The notes below the pieces were generated by a model. The model was not told the origin of the DNA and ran no database searches. It saw only the letters and a program-made list of their open reading frames with translations. A program made the position numbers and the translations under genes. From Saprospiraceae bacterium (GTDB lineage: Bacteria; Bacteroidota; Bacteroidia; Chitinophagales; Saprospiraceae): a stretch of DNA of 64,000 nt. The DNA is taken from positions 5,338,798 through 5,402,797 of the forward strand of contig OZ246013.1 of assembly GCA_965230575.1 (NCBI GenBank). Reading direction: 5' to 3'. This document shows positions 41,520 to 51,074 of the stretch, piece after piece (position 1 is the first letter of the stretch; the number at the start of each line of letters is the position of its first letter).

Positions 41520-43934
41520 TTAAATCTTTGAAAATTTAATCGTTTCTGATTGTATGCGATTTCCTATTATTTGCAAAGAATACATTCCAGAAGGAAGGGA
41601 AGTAACATCTATTTGCATTTCTGGGTCCGTTAGGTCTTTTTGAATCACTACCTTGCCCATATTGTCGATAATCGTAATTCTTTTCTCACCTTCCCAGGCC
41701 GTCTTTGTTTTCAAAGTAATGATATTATCAGAAGGATTAGGAAATACCGAAATTCCCAAATGATTTGTATTACTCACGCCCACCGGCTTGAATCCCACTG
41801 CCTTAAAAGAATCAAAGCCAGCTTCTACAATATGTCCAGGTGATGCATCTTCTGCGTATACAATGACTTGCATATTATCATTGAATTCCATTTGACTATT
41901 GTCTACAGAAGTTTCTATCAATGAAGACCAGCTAGAACCATTCTCATCGATTCTGGTCAATTCAATTGTATCAATACCATTCGTGATGCTTACGCGCACA
42001 TGGTCATTAGGATCAGGATTGTCATTGGTCTCTAAATTGACAAACCATAAGTAGTAACTAAAGTCTATTCGCTCGTATCCTGTGAAATCCATCGGCTGAG
42101 AAGTAAGAATCGTTGATCCACCATCTATATCATTTCCGCCCTTACTAGATGCACCAGCTCCTGTGATATAGTAAGTGCTTCCCAGGTCGGAAGGAATGTC
42201 CGAACTCGTCTGAGTAGTCTGACCGTCACCGAAAATAAAGTTAGGTTTTGCTATTTCCCAATCTCCATCATTCGCAGTGCCAGTTACTGACCATCCCAAA
42301 TCCGCGAAAAAGTCGTCTTCATATCCTTCCTCAAGTGTAAAATCTACTGTGTTTCCAGGTACGAAATTTATTACCTGTACAGCACCTTTGTATCCCCATT
42401 GAGCTGCATAGATGTTATATTCAAATCCTTGTTTGATTCTTGTAGACCAGTTGCCATTTTCATCGGTCAAAAGATTGATAAGTACATCTTCGTTGCGATT
42501 TTCTATAAACACTGTTGCATCTTTCATAGGATTGCCATTGGCATCTGTCACTGTACCTGTAATCTCATGGTTGACCATTTGCATGTCCAGGATGGTGATT
42601 TGACCAGCTTCTATGATTGCAGTGCCAGTTTTAGTATCATAGATTGGATGGGTAAATTCTACTGAGAATTCTCCAGGGGTGACCTGACCAGTTTTATATC
42701 TTCCAGCCAACTCCGTTTGTGCTTCATTGGGATTGTCGGATAAGATCTTAATGGTGACATTCGGAATCGCCAAACTCGTATTCATGTCTGTCACCGTACC
42801 CTCTAAGTAGCAGGCTCTTTGATATCCATTCTCACCATCTTGTCGCTTGGGTTGGAATATAAATAATCCATTGTTGATATCACTGGCCAAAATCAGACCT
42901 GAAGGTAGAAATGGATATGCACCCCAACATCCTTCAAACCTTTGAGTGAATACAGTATCGGTATCATAAGAACCTACTTTTACAAGATTGTCTGGCTCAT
43001 TGGCATCCAATATCACAACGCCATCAGTGTACCAACTGGTGATCAAAAATCCATCTAAAAAATGAGTGTTATGAGGTATCACATTGGTGCCTCGTGTTTC
43101 TACTGGCTGATATCTGTCCAGAAACTGAATGTCATTGAGATCAGAGACATCATAGGAATCCACCCAGGCATTCGTTCTTTCGTCTGTGGTGAATAGATAT
43201 TTCTCATCATCAGAAAGCCAGGCATTGTGGGTGAATCTTCTCGAAGTCTCCGCGCCACCGAGATGCACAGGATTCGTTTTGTCAGAGACGTCATATACAT
43301 TGAACGAACCTATGAATATGTCTGAAGTGTACATCTTGTCATTTTTGACGTATACATCATGGCTATAATTATTGTCCATAATGCCTGTAAGTACAGGTTC
43401 TTTTTTGTCCATGTTGAGGTCCAAAATCAAAACGCCCTGATTCCTGACGTCGCATCCTGCCAGATAGCAAAATCCTTGATCGGTATCAATATATAGATTA
43501 TGACATTTGCCCAAGGTGTCTGGGACTCCAAGTGTATCTTGAAATACTTCGACTGGAAAAATAGGGTTCCAATATGCAGATGAAATGCTATCTGGAGCCA
43601 TCGACATATCTATAATGAGCAGTCCTTGATCTCCTTGATCCGAAGTGACATAGAGATGGTCTTCAAAACTTTTAATATCTCTCCATGTGCCAGCTGGTCC
43701 AGGTATAGAAGCCCTTTCAATGGGATTGGCAGGATCTTCAAGTGACCATATCTTAGTAGTCGTATGCGTACCCATGATGGCATATTCCAATCCAGTAGAG
43801 TCTACATAACCCCAGACATCATTGCCTTCTTCACCAACATCGACATTGGCAATCATTTCCAAATTGAAATTCTCCTGACCGTACCCATTTATGGCCATCA
43901 AACAAAGAATAAATACTCGAGTAAAATTTTTCAT
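41520..43934 (-). CDS. T9SS-secreted LVIVD-repeat beta-propeller protein (paralogue 2). It is collinear with 38776..41169 and highly similar to it.
   Basis: N-terminal 120 aa are almost identical to paralogue 1. Same domain order and C-terminal CTD (...LQIIGNRIQSETIKFSKI). Confidence 0.7.
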   Translation of the reverse strand: MKNFTRVFILCLMAINGYGQENFNLEMIANVDVGEEGNDVWGYVDSTGLEYAIMGTHTTTKIWSLEDPANPIERASIPGPAGTWRDIKSFEDHLYVTSDQGDQGLLIIDMSMAPDSISSAYWNPIFPVEVFQDTLGVPDTLGKCHNLYIDTDQGFCYLAGCDVRNQGVLILDLNMDKKEPVLTGIMDNNYSHDVYVKNDKMYTSDIFIGSFNVYDVSDKTNPVHLGGAETSRRFTHNAWLSDDEKYLFTTDERTNAWVDSYDVSDLNDIQFLDRYQPVETRGTNVIPHNTHFLDGFLITSWYTDGVVILDANEPDNLVKVGSYDTDTVFTQRFEGCWGAYPFLPSGLILASDINNGLFIFQPKRQDGENGYQRACYLEGTVTDMNTSLAIPNVTIKILSDNPNEAQTELAGRYKTGQVTPGEFSVEFTHPIYDTKTGTAIIEAGQITILDMQMVNHEITGTVTDANGNPMKDATVFIENRNEDVLINLLTDENGNWSTRIKQGFEYNIYAAQWGYKGAVQVINFVPGNTVDFTLEEGYEDDFFADLGWSVTGTANDGDWEIAKPNFIFGDGQTTQTSSDIPSDLGSTYYITGAGASSKGGNDIDGGSTILTSQPMDFTGYERIDFSYYLWFVNLETNDNPDPNDHVRVSITNGIDTIELTRIDENGSSWSSLIETSVDNSQMEFNDNMQVIVYAEDASPGHIVEAGFDSFKAVGFKPVGVSNTNHLGISVFPNPSDNIITLKTKTAWEGEKRITIIDNMGKVVIQKDLTDPEMQIDVTSLPSGMYSLQIIGNRIQSETIKFSKI

Positions 43935-44004
43935 CTATAGATAAAATTAAATTATAATCTTTTGAATATCAACGGTAGACATTCAAAATTGTTGAATATA
44001 TAAC

Positions 44005-44012
44005 CAAATGTA
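44005..44012 (-). promoter_or_regulatory. Candidate Bacteroidota sigma-A -7 box (TAcaTTTG on the minus strand) about 70 bp upstream of the 804-aa gene. A duplicated counterpart lies near 41253 upstream of the 797-aa gene.
   Basis: Matches the TAnnTTTG consensus. The upstream regions of the two paralogues are themselves similar. Confidence 0.3.
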
Positions 44013-44055
44013 TTGTTTCTTTTTGACTTATTTATTGGAAATGGGTGCTCATTAG

Positions 44056-44500
44056 GACATTCGGGGTATAAAGAAATGGAAGATTGGGGGATGGGGGTAA
44101 AGTTTATGGTGGAAGGTGCATGGTGTATGGTGCAAGGTGGGATGTTGACGGATTTCACCTTGTGAACTTTGTGAATGGCCTTTGTACACTTTGCGGTTAA
44201 AAGAAATACACTTATCTCTTTTTATCATTAGCGTTGAGAAATAGGGTTGGGGGTGCAAGGTGGAAGGTACAAGGCGGGATGTTGACGGATTTTACCTTGT
44301 GAACTTTGTGAATGGCCATTGTGCACTTTGCGGTTAAAAAAATGACGCTTTTCCCTTTTTTGTCTTTAGGATTGAGGGATAGGGTTGAGGGTGCAAGGTG
44401 TCAGGTGCAAGGCGGGATGTTGACGGATTGGTCCTTGTGAACTTTGTGTATGGCCTTTGTGCACTTTGCGGTTAAAAAAAAAATACACGCTAAACCCTTT
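44056..44500. repeat. Tandem repeat of a 137-138-bp unit, about 3.3 copies. It is G-rich on the plus strand, with conserved core gatgttgacggattt(c/t)accttgtgaactttgtgaatggcc(t/a)ttgt(a/g)cactttgcggttaaaa.
   Basis: The anchor 'gatgttgacgg' recurs at 44141, 44278 and 44416. Units are about 80% identical. Confidence 0.85.
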
Positions 44501-44932
44501 TTAATCTTTTGAATTTGGGATTGTCATGGTTGTCAATCTGGAGACGCAGACTAGGTTGTTGCTTTCATCATGGATTTCGGTGTTCCAGACTTGTATTTTT
44601 CTTCCGATTCGCACTGGCTTGGTGGTGGAGTAAACGTGTCCTGAACGAACAGCTTTGAGGTGATTGGCATTGATTTCTACTCCAACAATTGAAAAATTGA
44701 GTGGATCTTCCAATATCAAGACGCTGGCAAAACTGCCCATGGATTCGCTCAAGGCTACTGATGCTCCGCCGTGCAGGAGGCCCATTGGTTGTTTTGTACG
44801 CTGATCGACAGGCATCTTTGCTTTTAGAAAATCTTCACCAATTTCTATTATTTCAATTCCGAGATGCTCGACCATATTCCCTTTGCCAAGCATGTTCAAG
44901 GCTTCTGCTGTAGGATTGTTTTTCCAAATCAT
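44501..44932 (-). CDS. PaaI/YbgC-type hot-dog thioesterase
   Basis: 143 aa hot-dog fold. Motif ...MPVDQRTKQPMGLLHGGASVALSESMGSFAS. Confidence 0.7.
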   Translation of the reverse strand: MIWKNNPTAEALNMLGKGNMVEHLGIEIIEIGEDFLKAKMPVDQRTKQPMGLLHGGASVALSESMGSFASVLILEDPLNFSIVGVEINANHLKAVRSGHVYSTTKPVRIGRKIQVWNTEIHDESNNLVCVSRLTTMTIPNSKD

Positions 44933-44960
44933 AATATTGTATTTTTGGGTTTGAAGTAAA

Positions 44961-45527
44961 ATGATGAAAATGGAGAATGTGAAATTAACAAAACTATGGA
45001 TAGAAAGATTTGTGATAGGATTGAGATTGTGTCCATTTGCTCATTTTTCTTTTTATGGAGATACGATTTATTACGATGTGACATCTGCTACCAAATTGAT
45101 TAAGGTTAGAGATGAATTAATGGCTTTGGCACAGAAGATGTATGAGACTGGTCCATCTGAAATTTCTAATGCCTTTTTGATTTTTGATGAATCACTTTCA
45201 TTTGATTTTATGCTTCTGGCAAAGGAAAAGTTTGATGCTGAATTGATGCGGAATGGATTGGAAGAAAAATTTCAGACAGTTGTATTTCATCCAGAATTTC
45301 AATTTGGAGATGAAGACTTCCATGCTCCTGGCAATTTTACCAATCGATCCCCTTTACCGATGATACATATGCTACGGATTGATGAGGTGGCCCATGCTAT
45401 TGAAGTCACTGAAAATGTGGATGACATACCATTTAGGAACAAAGAAGTATTAGAAAAACTGAATATAAAGAAGATTTCTGAAGTGTTTGACGATGACTTT
45501 ATGGAATTAATTAAGCCATATATCTAA
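44961..45527 (+). CDS. DUF1415 family protein
   Basis: N-terminus WIERFVIGLRLCPFAHF is the DUF1415 signature. Confidence 0.5.
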   Translation: MMKMENVKLTKLWIERFVIGLRLCPFAHFSFYGDTIYYDVTSATKLIKVRDELMALAQKMYETGPSEISNAFLIFDESLSFDFMLLAKEKFDAELMRNGLEEKFQTVVFHPEFQFGDEDFHAPGNFTNRSPLPMIHMLRIDEVAHAIEVTENVDDIPFRNKEVLEKLNIKKISEVFDDDFMELIKPYI

Positions 45528-45576
45528 AGTTTAATCCGTTACAAGGTTGATTTTAAGATTATCATTAAATTCACGA

Positions 45577-47838
45577 ATGCGCAAACTGATAACCATATTA
45601 TTTTTTCTCTATCTGTGTGTACCACTTATTGGGCAGAAATCATTTTTTAAGATAGATAGCCTCAGTGTGCTTGAGAAGAGGCCGAAAATAGGATTGGCAT
45701 TGAGTGGTGGAGCAGCACATGGTCTGGCGCATATCGGAGTGATTCAGTATCTTGATGAAATAGGAATTGACGTAGACTATATCACTGGGACGAGTATGGG
45801 GGCGATTATTGGTGCCCTATATTCTATGGGATATGATGGCCAAAAGATTGAAAGTATTGCCAAAGAATTGGATTGGGATGCGCTACTGAATAATAAGATT
45901 CTGTTGAATGGGGTAGCTGCTGTAGAGAAAGCATATCACGACAAGTATCCACTGACATTTGTGATTGATGACAATAGCATCCTCCTTCCGCAGGGATTTT
46001 TGAATACCAATAAGCTTGAATTGGAGTTGGCAAAAATATTTGCACCTGCCTCCAATATAAATGATTTTGATGACTTGCCTCGGCCATTCAGATGTTTTGG
46101 TGTTGATATCGAAGAAGGAAAGATCATAACAATGAAGGATGGACGGCTGGCAAAAGCATTGAGGGCTAGTATGGCGATACCTTCTGTATTCGCTCCGAAG
46201 TACTATCAAGGCAAGCACCTGGTAGACGGCGGGTTGATGCGGAATTTTCCAGTTACGGATAATTTGGAAATGGGCTCTGATATTGTCATAGGATCCTATG
46301 TAGGCAGAGAGAAAGCAGACATTTCTCGCCTTCGGACCCTTGTCGATATATTGACTGAATCTGCTTTTATGATGAGTATTGTAGATTCCAAGCTTCAGAA
46401 AGAATTGTCTGATGTATTATTACTGCCTGATGTGAAATCAATGGGTGTTTTTGCATTTTCAGATTATGAGGTATTCATTCGTAAAGGCTATGAAGCCGCT
46501 AAGTCAAATGGAGATGAATTAAGAGCTCTTGCTGAAATGCTGAAGAAGTATCCAAAACAAAAAACCACTGCTTTGGATGATCCTGGTTTTGTATTTATCG
46601 ATTCTATAAAAATCAATTCCTTGCCATACAATGATGAGCAATTGGTTTTGGACAAGTTGGCTCTTAAAGAACGGGCTTATATGACTTATGATCAGATAGA
46701 GGGTGGTATAAATAGAGTAGCTTCAACCTTAAACTTCGAATCTGTATCATATGATGTATTGAAAGTGGGACCAGATAAGGTATTACGGATAGAAGCCGTG
46801 CCGAGAGAAGAAAAGAGAATTGGCATCAATTTGAATCACTTTTCTTCCAGCAATTCATCATTAATCGTTAATGGTCAGATAAGAAATTTTCTTTTTAGGT
46901 TGTCCAATTTAAGAGCTTCCTTACGACTCTCCGAAAATCCGGCAATAGGGGGTGAATACTTCGTCAGAGGGGGATTAAGTAATAAAAATTGGGTTTTTGG
47001 AGCTCGAATAGAAGCACAGCGGTACGATATGCTCTATAAATCGCTGGGTGGTCAGAAAAAAAATGGATTTACCTGGGAAGGTCATTTGATTCCATATCTG
47101 ACTTATGAATTCAGCAATTTGATGAGTATTCGAGCGGAGGTGGATGTGAAGCGATTTGATTTTAGAAATGAGCTGCGCAGCGAGTTGGACATTAAGCGAT
47201 TTGTTGAGTTTGGCTCAGAAGCTGGATTGATTTTCACCTTGGATGACAGGGACTCCAGGATGATGGCGACCAGTGGATTGTATTGTTATACGAGGCTGGG
47301 ATATGGGTTCAAGATTGGAGACAATGTGAGATATACATTGCCAGGTGCCGAGGAGGCCCTGAAATTGCCGCATGGTGAAGATTTTTTTCAAGGCGAATTG
47401 TTTTTATCACAAACGGTACCTGTATCAGAGACGGTATGGTGGACGATTATGGGAGATTTTTATTACAAAAGCAGTCCTTCTATCCTGGATAATTATAGCG
47501 TAGGAGGTACGAGTATAGAAGGTATTAGAAATCTTCCATTCATAGGTTTTTCAGAACAAGAGTTGAGAACAGATCAACACATCTATGCCAGATCTGACTT
47601 GAGAATTGGCGTCTATGATAATGTATCGATTTCCATCGTAGGTAATATAATAGTAGGCGAGAGCAAGGCATTCAAATATTCAGATCCAAACAGGGACAAT
47701 ACTTTTACGGCATACGGAGTCGGCTTTCAATTTGGAATAATGCTTCCAATTGGTCCAGTACTATTTGATATCGGATATAATAGCGAAGCCAAGAATGTGC
47801 GAACAGAATTAAGTATTGGTTGGAAGCACTTTTTTTAG
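45577..47838 (+). CDS. Patatin-like phospholipase fused to a C-terminal Omp85/BamA-type beta-barrel (PlpD-like, type Vd architecture)
   Basis: Oxyanion GGAAHG, nucleophile GTSMG (GxSxG), catalytic DGG. The C-terminal ~400 aa is a beta-barrel ending in the aromatic ...GWKHFF. The start is placed at the ATG at 45577. Confidence 0.75.
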   Translation: MRKLITILFFLYLCVPLIGQKSFFKIDSLSVLEKRPKIGLALSGGAAHGLAHIGVIQYLDEIGIDVDYITGTSMGAIIGALYSMGYDGQKIESIAKELDWDALLNNKILLNGVAAVEKAYHDKYPLTFVIDDNSILLPQGFLNTNKLELELAKIFAPASNINDFDDLPRPFRCFGVDIEEGKIITMKDGRLAKALRASMAIPSVFAPKYYQGKHLVDGGLMRNFPVTDNLEMGSDIVIGSYVGREKADISRLRTLVDILTESAFMMSIVDSKLQKELSDVLLLPDVKSMGVFAFSDYEVFIRKGYEAAKSNGDELRALAEMLKKYPKQKTTALDDPGFVFIDSIKINSLPYNDEQLVLDKLALKERAYMTYDQIEGGINRVASTLNFESVSYDVLKVGPDKVLRIEAVPREEKRIGINLNHFSSSNSSLIVNGQIRNFLFRLSNLRASLRLSENPAIGGEYFVRGGLSNKNWVFGARIEAQRYDMLYKSLGGQKKNGFTWEGHLIPYLTYEFSNLMSIRAEVDVKRFDFRNELRSELDIKRFVEFGSEAGLIFTLDDRDSRMMATSGLYCYTRLGYGFKIGDNVRYTLPGAEEALKLPHGEDFFQGELFLSQTVPVSETVWWTIMGDFYYKSSPSILDNYSVGGTSIEGIRNLPFIGFSEQELRTDQHIYARSDLRIGVYDNVSISIVGNIIVGESKAFKYSDPNRDNTFTAYGVGFQFGIMLPIGPVLFDIGYNSEAKNVRTELSIGWKHFF

Positions 47839-48254
47839 TCTTCGATGTCCTGAATTTTCATTACCCAATCAACAGGAATTTCAGCCTTTCGCAAGTTGAC
47901 AAAGTCATAAGCCATTAGGGTGTTGTAAATTATAGCGCACAACTTTTCATATTTTTTGCTGAATATTTTGATTTCGCAGATCAGCCTGTCTTCTTGGATT
48001 TCTGCCACTTTGAAGCAAACGATTACAGTGTCGGGGAATTTTACTGGAAATATATATCTGATATCCTGACGTGCCAGGATAGGACCCAGAGTAATATTTT
48101 GAAGACTGCCTGTAATATATTTGGTCAGATATTCTATTCGAGCTACTTCGGCCCATTGAGCATAAATGGTATTGTTTACATGTTTGAAGGCATCCATGTC
48201 AGCCCATCGTACAGGGATTTCTATTTGAACTTTGTAGTCGTCTATGTTTTTCAT
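47835..48254 (-). CDS. Acyl-CoA thioesterase (4HBT/YbgC-like hot-dog)
   Basis: VQIEIPVRWADMDAFKHVNNTIY is the typical start of 4HBT-family thioesterases. 139 aa. It overlaps the patatin gene stop by 4 bp in convergent orientation. Confidence 0.7.
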   Translation of the reverse strand: MKNIDDYKVQIEIPVRWADMDAFKHVNNTIYAQWAEVARIEYLTKYITGSLQNITLGPILARQDIRYIFPVKFPDTVIVCFKVAEIQEDRLICEIKIFSKKYEKLCAIIYNTLMAYDFVNLRKAEIPVDWVMKIQDIED

Positions 48255-48324
48255 CTAAGTTTTGTGTTATACTAAATATAGCAATCCTTGTATTTTTTCA
48301 AAGTCTCTTTCTGAGCTCAAAAAA

Positions 48325-49665
48325 TCATTCACACCCCAAATCCAATTTAGATTGTGTATCAGCATTTGGAAAACAAAATCCTGAAGGAACAGAGTCTGGT
48401 TTGTATCTGATCAAATTTGGATCACTCAAGCCGACTTTGATAAATTGTACGAGGTGTTCCTTCTCTTCTTCTGTAAGATTTAGTGGTTTGAACTTTTGAG
48501 ATATTTGACTTTCGGGGACCTTATTATTTTCTGGAATTGCTTGATTGAAGTATTCTACTAAATCTTCAATCTTCTTTACACTGGCACCATGAAAGAAGAA
48601 GTCTGAATCTGCAATATTGTATATACCTGGTACTTTGAATTTATAAAGATCTTCTTCATTCTTAGTAAAACCACCTCTTCCCAGATTTCTGAAATCCGAT
48701 TCTTCGGTAGAGTAGGATGGTTGCTGATACATATCATTTACACCCAATGCATGAAACTCAGGAGAACCGAGATTTTCATTGTAGTGACAGGTAGAACAAT
48801 TGGCCTTGCTGAAAAATAATATTGCTCCTTTTTTGGATTTGTAGTCTAGAGCCGCTTCATTCCCTTTTAGCCAATTTTGGAACGGCGCTTTATTCGAAAT
48901 GATAGATCTTATGTATGCTGAAAAAGCAAATGAAGCTGTTCGAATTGTATAGCGTTCTTCTACATCTACGTCGGGGAATGCGGCATCAAACATATCTGTA
49001 TAGCCGTATAAATCGAGTAATTCTTTGTTGATGGTGATTCGATGTGATTCTACACCTTCAAAATTCTGTGTTTCAATCCCCTCAAAACCTTGATGATTTC
49101 TTTCAGTAGCATGGTCATCGTCCCATACGTCTTCTGTACCCATATTGATTCCCGTAGCCCCGAATTGACCATTCCAGAAAGTATTGGTCACATAAGCTAC
49201 ATTCACCAAGCTAAGCGGACGAGCATCTTGAACGTCCAGTTCATCTTCATTGTATTCTGGGTTCTGAACTCTGTTTTCCCCATTAATACCAAATGCGCTT
49301 CCTCCATCCGCTATACCTTGAAAGTTTCCAGGCTTGAATCCTGCTTCTGGAATATGGCAAGATGCGCAAGAATAGGTACCCATGCCAGATGGTTTGACAG
49401 CACTTTGTGCCAGACCAGTATCATAAAACATGAATTTACCTAATTCAACCTTTTCTTTGGTTAGTGGATTCTTTGGATCTGCGGGGATATTGGCATAGTC
49501 ATCTTCATCTGGAAGAATATAAAAGTCCATATTGCCATTAGGAGCACTAGCCGCTACTAGATTCCTTAATTGGTTATCTAATTCTACCAAAACCGGCATT
49601 TTATCTTTGGTACATGCAACTACAAACAAAACTAATATAGAGCAAACCAGGGCTACTTTTCTCAT
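48325..49665 (-). CDS. Di-haem cytochrome c peroxidase (CCP/MauG family)
   Basis: Two CxxCH haem motifs (CASCH, CSTCH). Signal peptide and lipobox-like N-terminus. Confidence 0.85.
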   Translation of the reverse strand: MRKVALVCSILVLFVVACTKDKMPVLVELDNQLRNLVAASAPNGNMDFYILPDEDDYANIPADPKNPLTKEKVELGKFMFYDTGLAQSAVKPSGMGTYSCASCHIPEAGFKPGNFQGIADGGSAFGINGENRVQNPEYNEDELDVQDARPLSLVNVAYVTNTFWNGQFGATGINMGTEDVWDDDHATERNHQGFEGIETQNFEGVESHRITINKELLDLYGYTDMFDAAFPDVDVEERYTIRTASFAFSAYIRSIISNKAPFQNWLKGNEAALDYKSKKGAILFFSKANCSTCHYNENLGSPEFHALGVNDMYQQPSYSTEESDFRNLGRGGFTKNEEDLYKFKVPGIYNIADSDFFFHGASVKKIEDLVEYFNQAIPENNKVPESQISQKFKPLNLTEEEKEHLVQFIKVGLSDPNLIRYKPDSVPSGFCFPNADTQSKLDLGCE

Positions 49666-50040
49666 AGATTTAAATCAGTTTAGACTGAATTGTCATTCCG
49701 AGTGCAAAGATATTATTTCATTAACATCTCACAAAACAAGGTTCGAACAATTTTCATCTTTTGTCAGGATTAAACAATTGTGCCCATTACCATCTCGTTG
49801 TGAGGAGTAAATATATTACAAATATTTTTAATATGTATTATAATTTACTGCTTTTGTTGTTAGAGGATTGGAGAAAGGCGATTGATTTATCACTTATATT
49901 CTAAATCCTTCAACCAATTCTATTCAAAAGTGTCTTAATACATGACGATTGATCTGTTTTTATAGTTTACGAGAAGCTATTTCAAACATTAATTGATAAA
50001 TAATTTTATTTTTGCAGTCCATTAAAAAATCTACTAAGAA

Positions 50041-51024
50041 ATGTCAAGAATATTAACACTAAGAGATGCTCTAAATGAAGCGCTAAAAGAGGAAATGAGA
50101 AGAGATGAATCCGTCTTTTTGATGGGAGAAGAAGTTGCTGAATACAACGGTGCATACAAGGTGAGCAAGGGGATGTTGGACGAGTTCGGCCCTAAAAGAG
50201 TGATTGATACTCCAATCGCTGAACTTGGGTTTGCGGGAATTGGTGTAGGAGCTGCAATGAATGGATTGAGACCAGTCGTAGAATTTATGACTTGGAATTT
50301 TGCAGTTTTAGCTTTTGATCAAATCGTGAATAACGCTGCAAAAACTTTATCGCAGTCAGCTGGTCAATTTGGATGTCCAATTGTATTTAGAGGTCCATCA
50401 GGTGCTGCAGGACAATTGGCACAACAGCATTCACAAACTTTCGAATCATGGATGGCCAATACGCCAGGACTTAAAGTGGTGTCTTGTATAGATCCAAAAG
50501 ATGCGAAGGGCTTGTTGAAGTCTGCTATTAGAGATGATGATCCGGTATGTGTTTTTGAGTCAGAGCAATTATATGGACTTAAGGGAGAAGTGCCGGAAGA
50601 GGAGTATTTGACACCTATTGGTAAAGCAATTGTAAGAAGAGAGGGGACAGATGTGACTATCGTATCTTATAATAAAATGATGATAGTGGCTATGGATGCT
50701 GCTGAAGAGTTGCAAAAAGAAGGAATTTCTGCCGAAGTTATTGACCTGAGAACAATCCGTCCATTAGACCATGAGACGATTGTGAATTCTGTCAAAAAGA
50801 CAAATAGATTGGTAGTAGTGGATGAGTCTTGGCCTTTCGGAGGTGTATCCGCAGAGATAGCCTATGAAATTCAGAAATATGCGTTTGACTATCTGGACGC
50901 CCCAGTCACAAGAGTCAATTCTGCCGATGTTTCTCTAGGTTATGCACCTACCTTTGTAGAGGAATATCTTCCAAATCCTGCGAAAGTGATTAGAGCTGTA
51001 AAAGAAGTGACCTACGTTTCGTAA
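50041..51024 (+). CDS. 2-oxo-acid dehydrogenase E1 component beta subunit (PdhB-like; transketolase pyrimidine-binding and C-terminal domains)
   Basis: 327 aa. MSRILTLRDALNEALKEEMRRDESVFLMGEEV is the canonical E1-beta start. Confidence 0.85.
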   Translation: MSRILTLRDALNEALKEEMRRDESVFLMGEEVAEYNGAYKVSKGMLDEFGPKRVIDTPIAELGFAGIGVGAAMNGLRPVVEFMTWNFAVLAFDQIVNNAAKTLSQSAGQFGCPIVFRGPSGAAGQLAQQHSQTFESWMANTPGLKVVSCIDPKDAKGLLKSAIRDDDPVCVFESEQLYGLKGEVPEEEYLTPIGKAIVRREGTDVTIVSYNKMMIVAMDAAEELQKEGISAEVIDLRTIRPLDHETIVNSVKKTNRLVVVDESWPFGGVSAEIAYEIQKYAFDYLDAPVTRVNSADVSLGYAPTFVEEYLPNPAKVIRAVKEVTYVS

Positions 51025-51074
51025 TTCAGTAATGGATTTTTCGAATAATTAAAAAAGAACAACCAAAAAGGAAG

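Noticed and set aside
43952-44258. Two overlapping 68-aa His/Pro-rich ORFs on the minus strand
   Set aside because: They are produced by the G-rich tandem repeat (ggtg/caagg blocks). Their low-complexity translations are repeat artefacts.
44056-44500. Possible CRISPR array
   Set aside because: Repeat units are 137 bp and directly abut each other with no unique spacers. There are no cas genes in the window.
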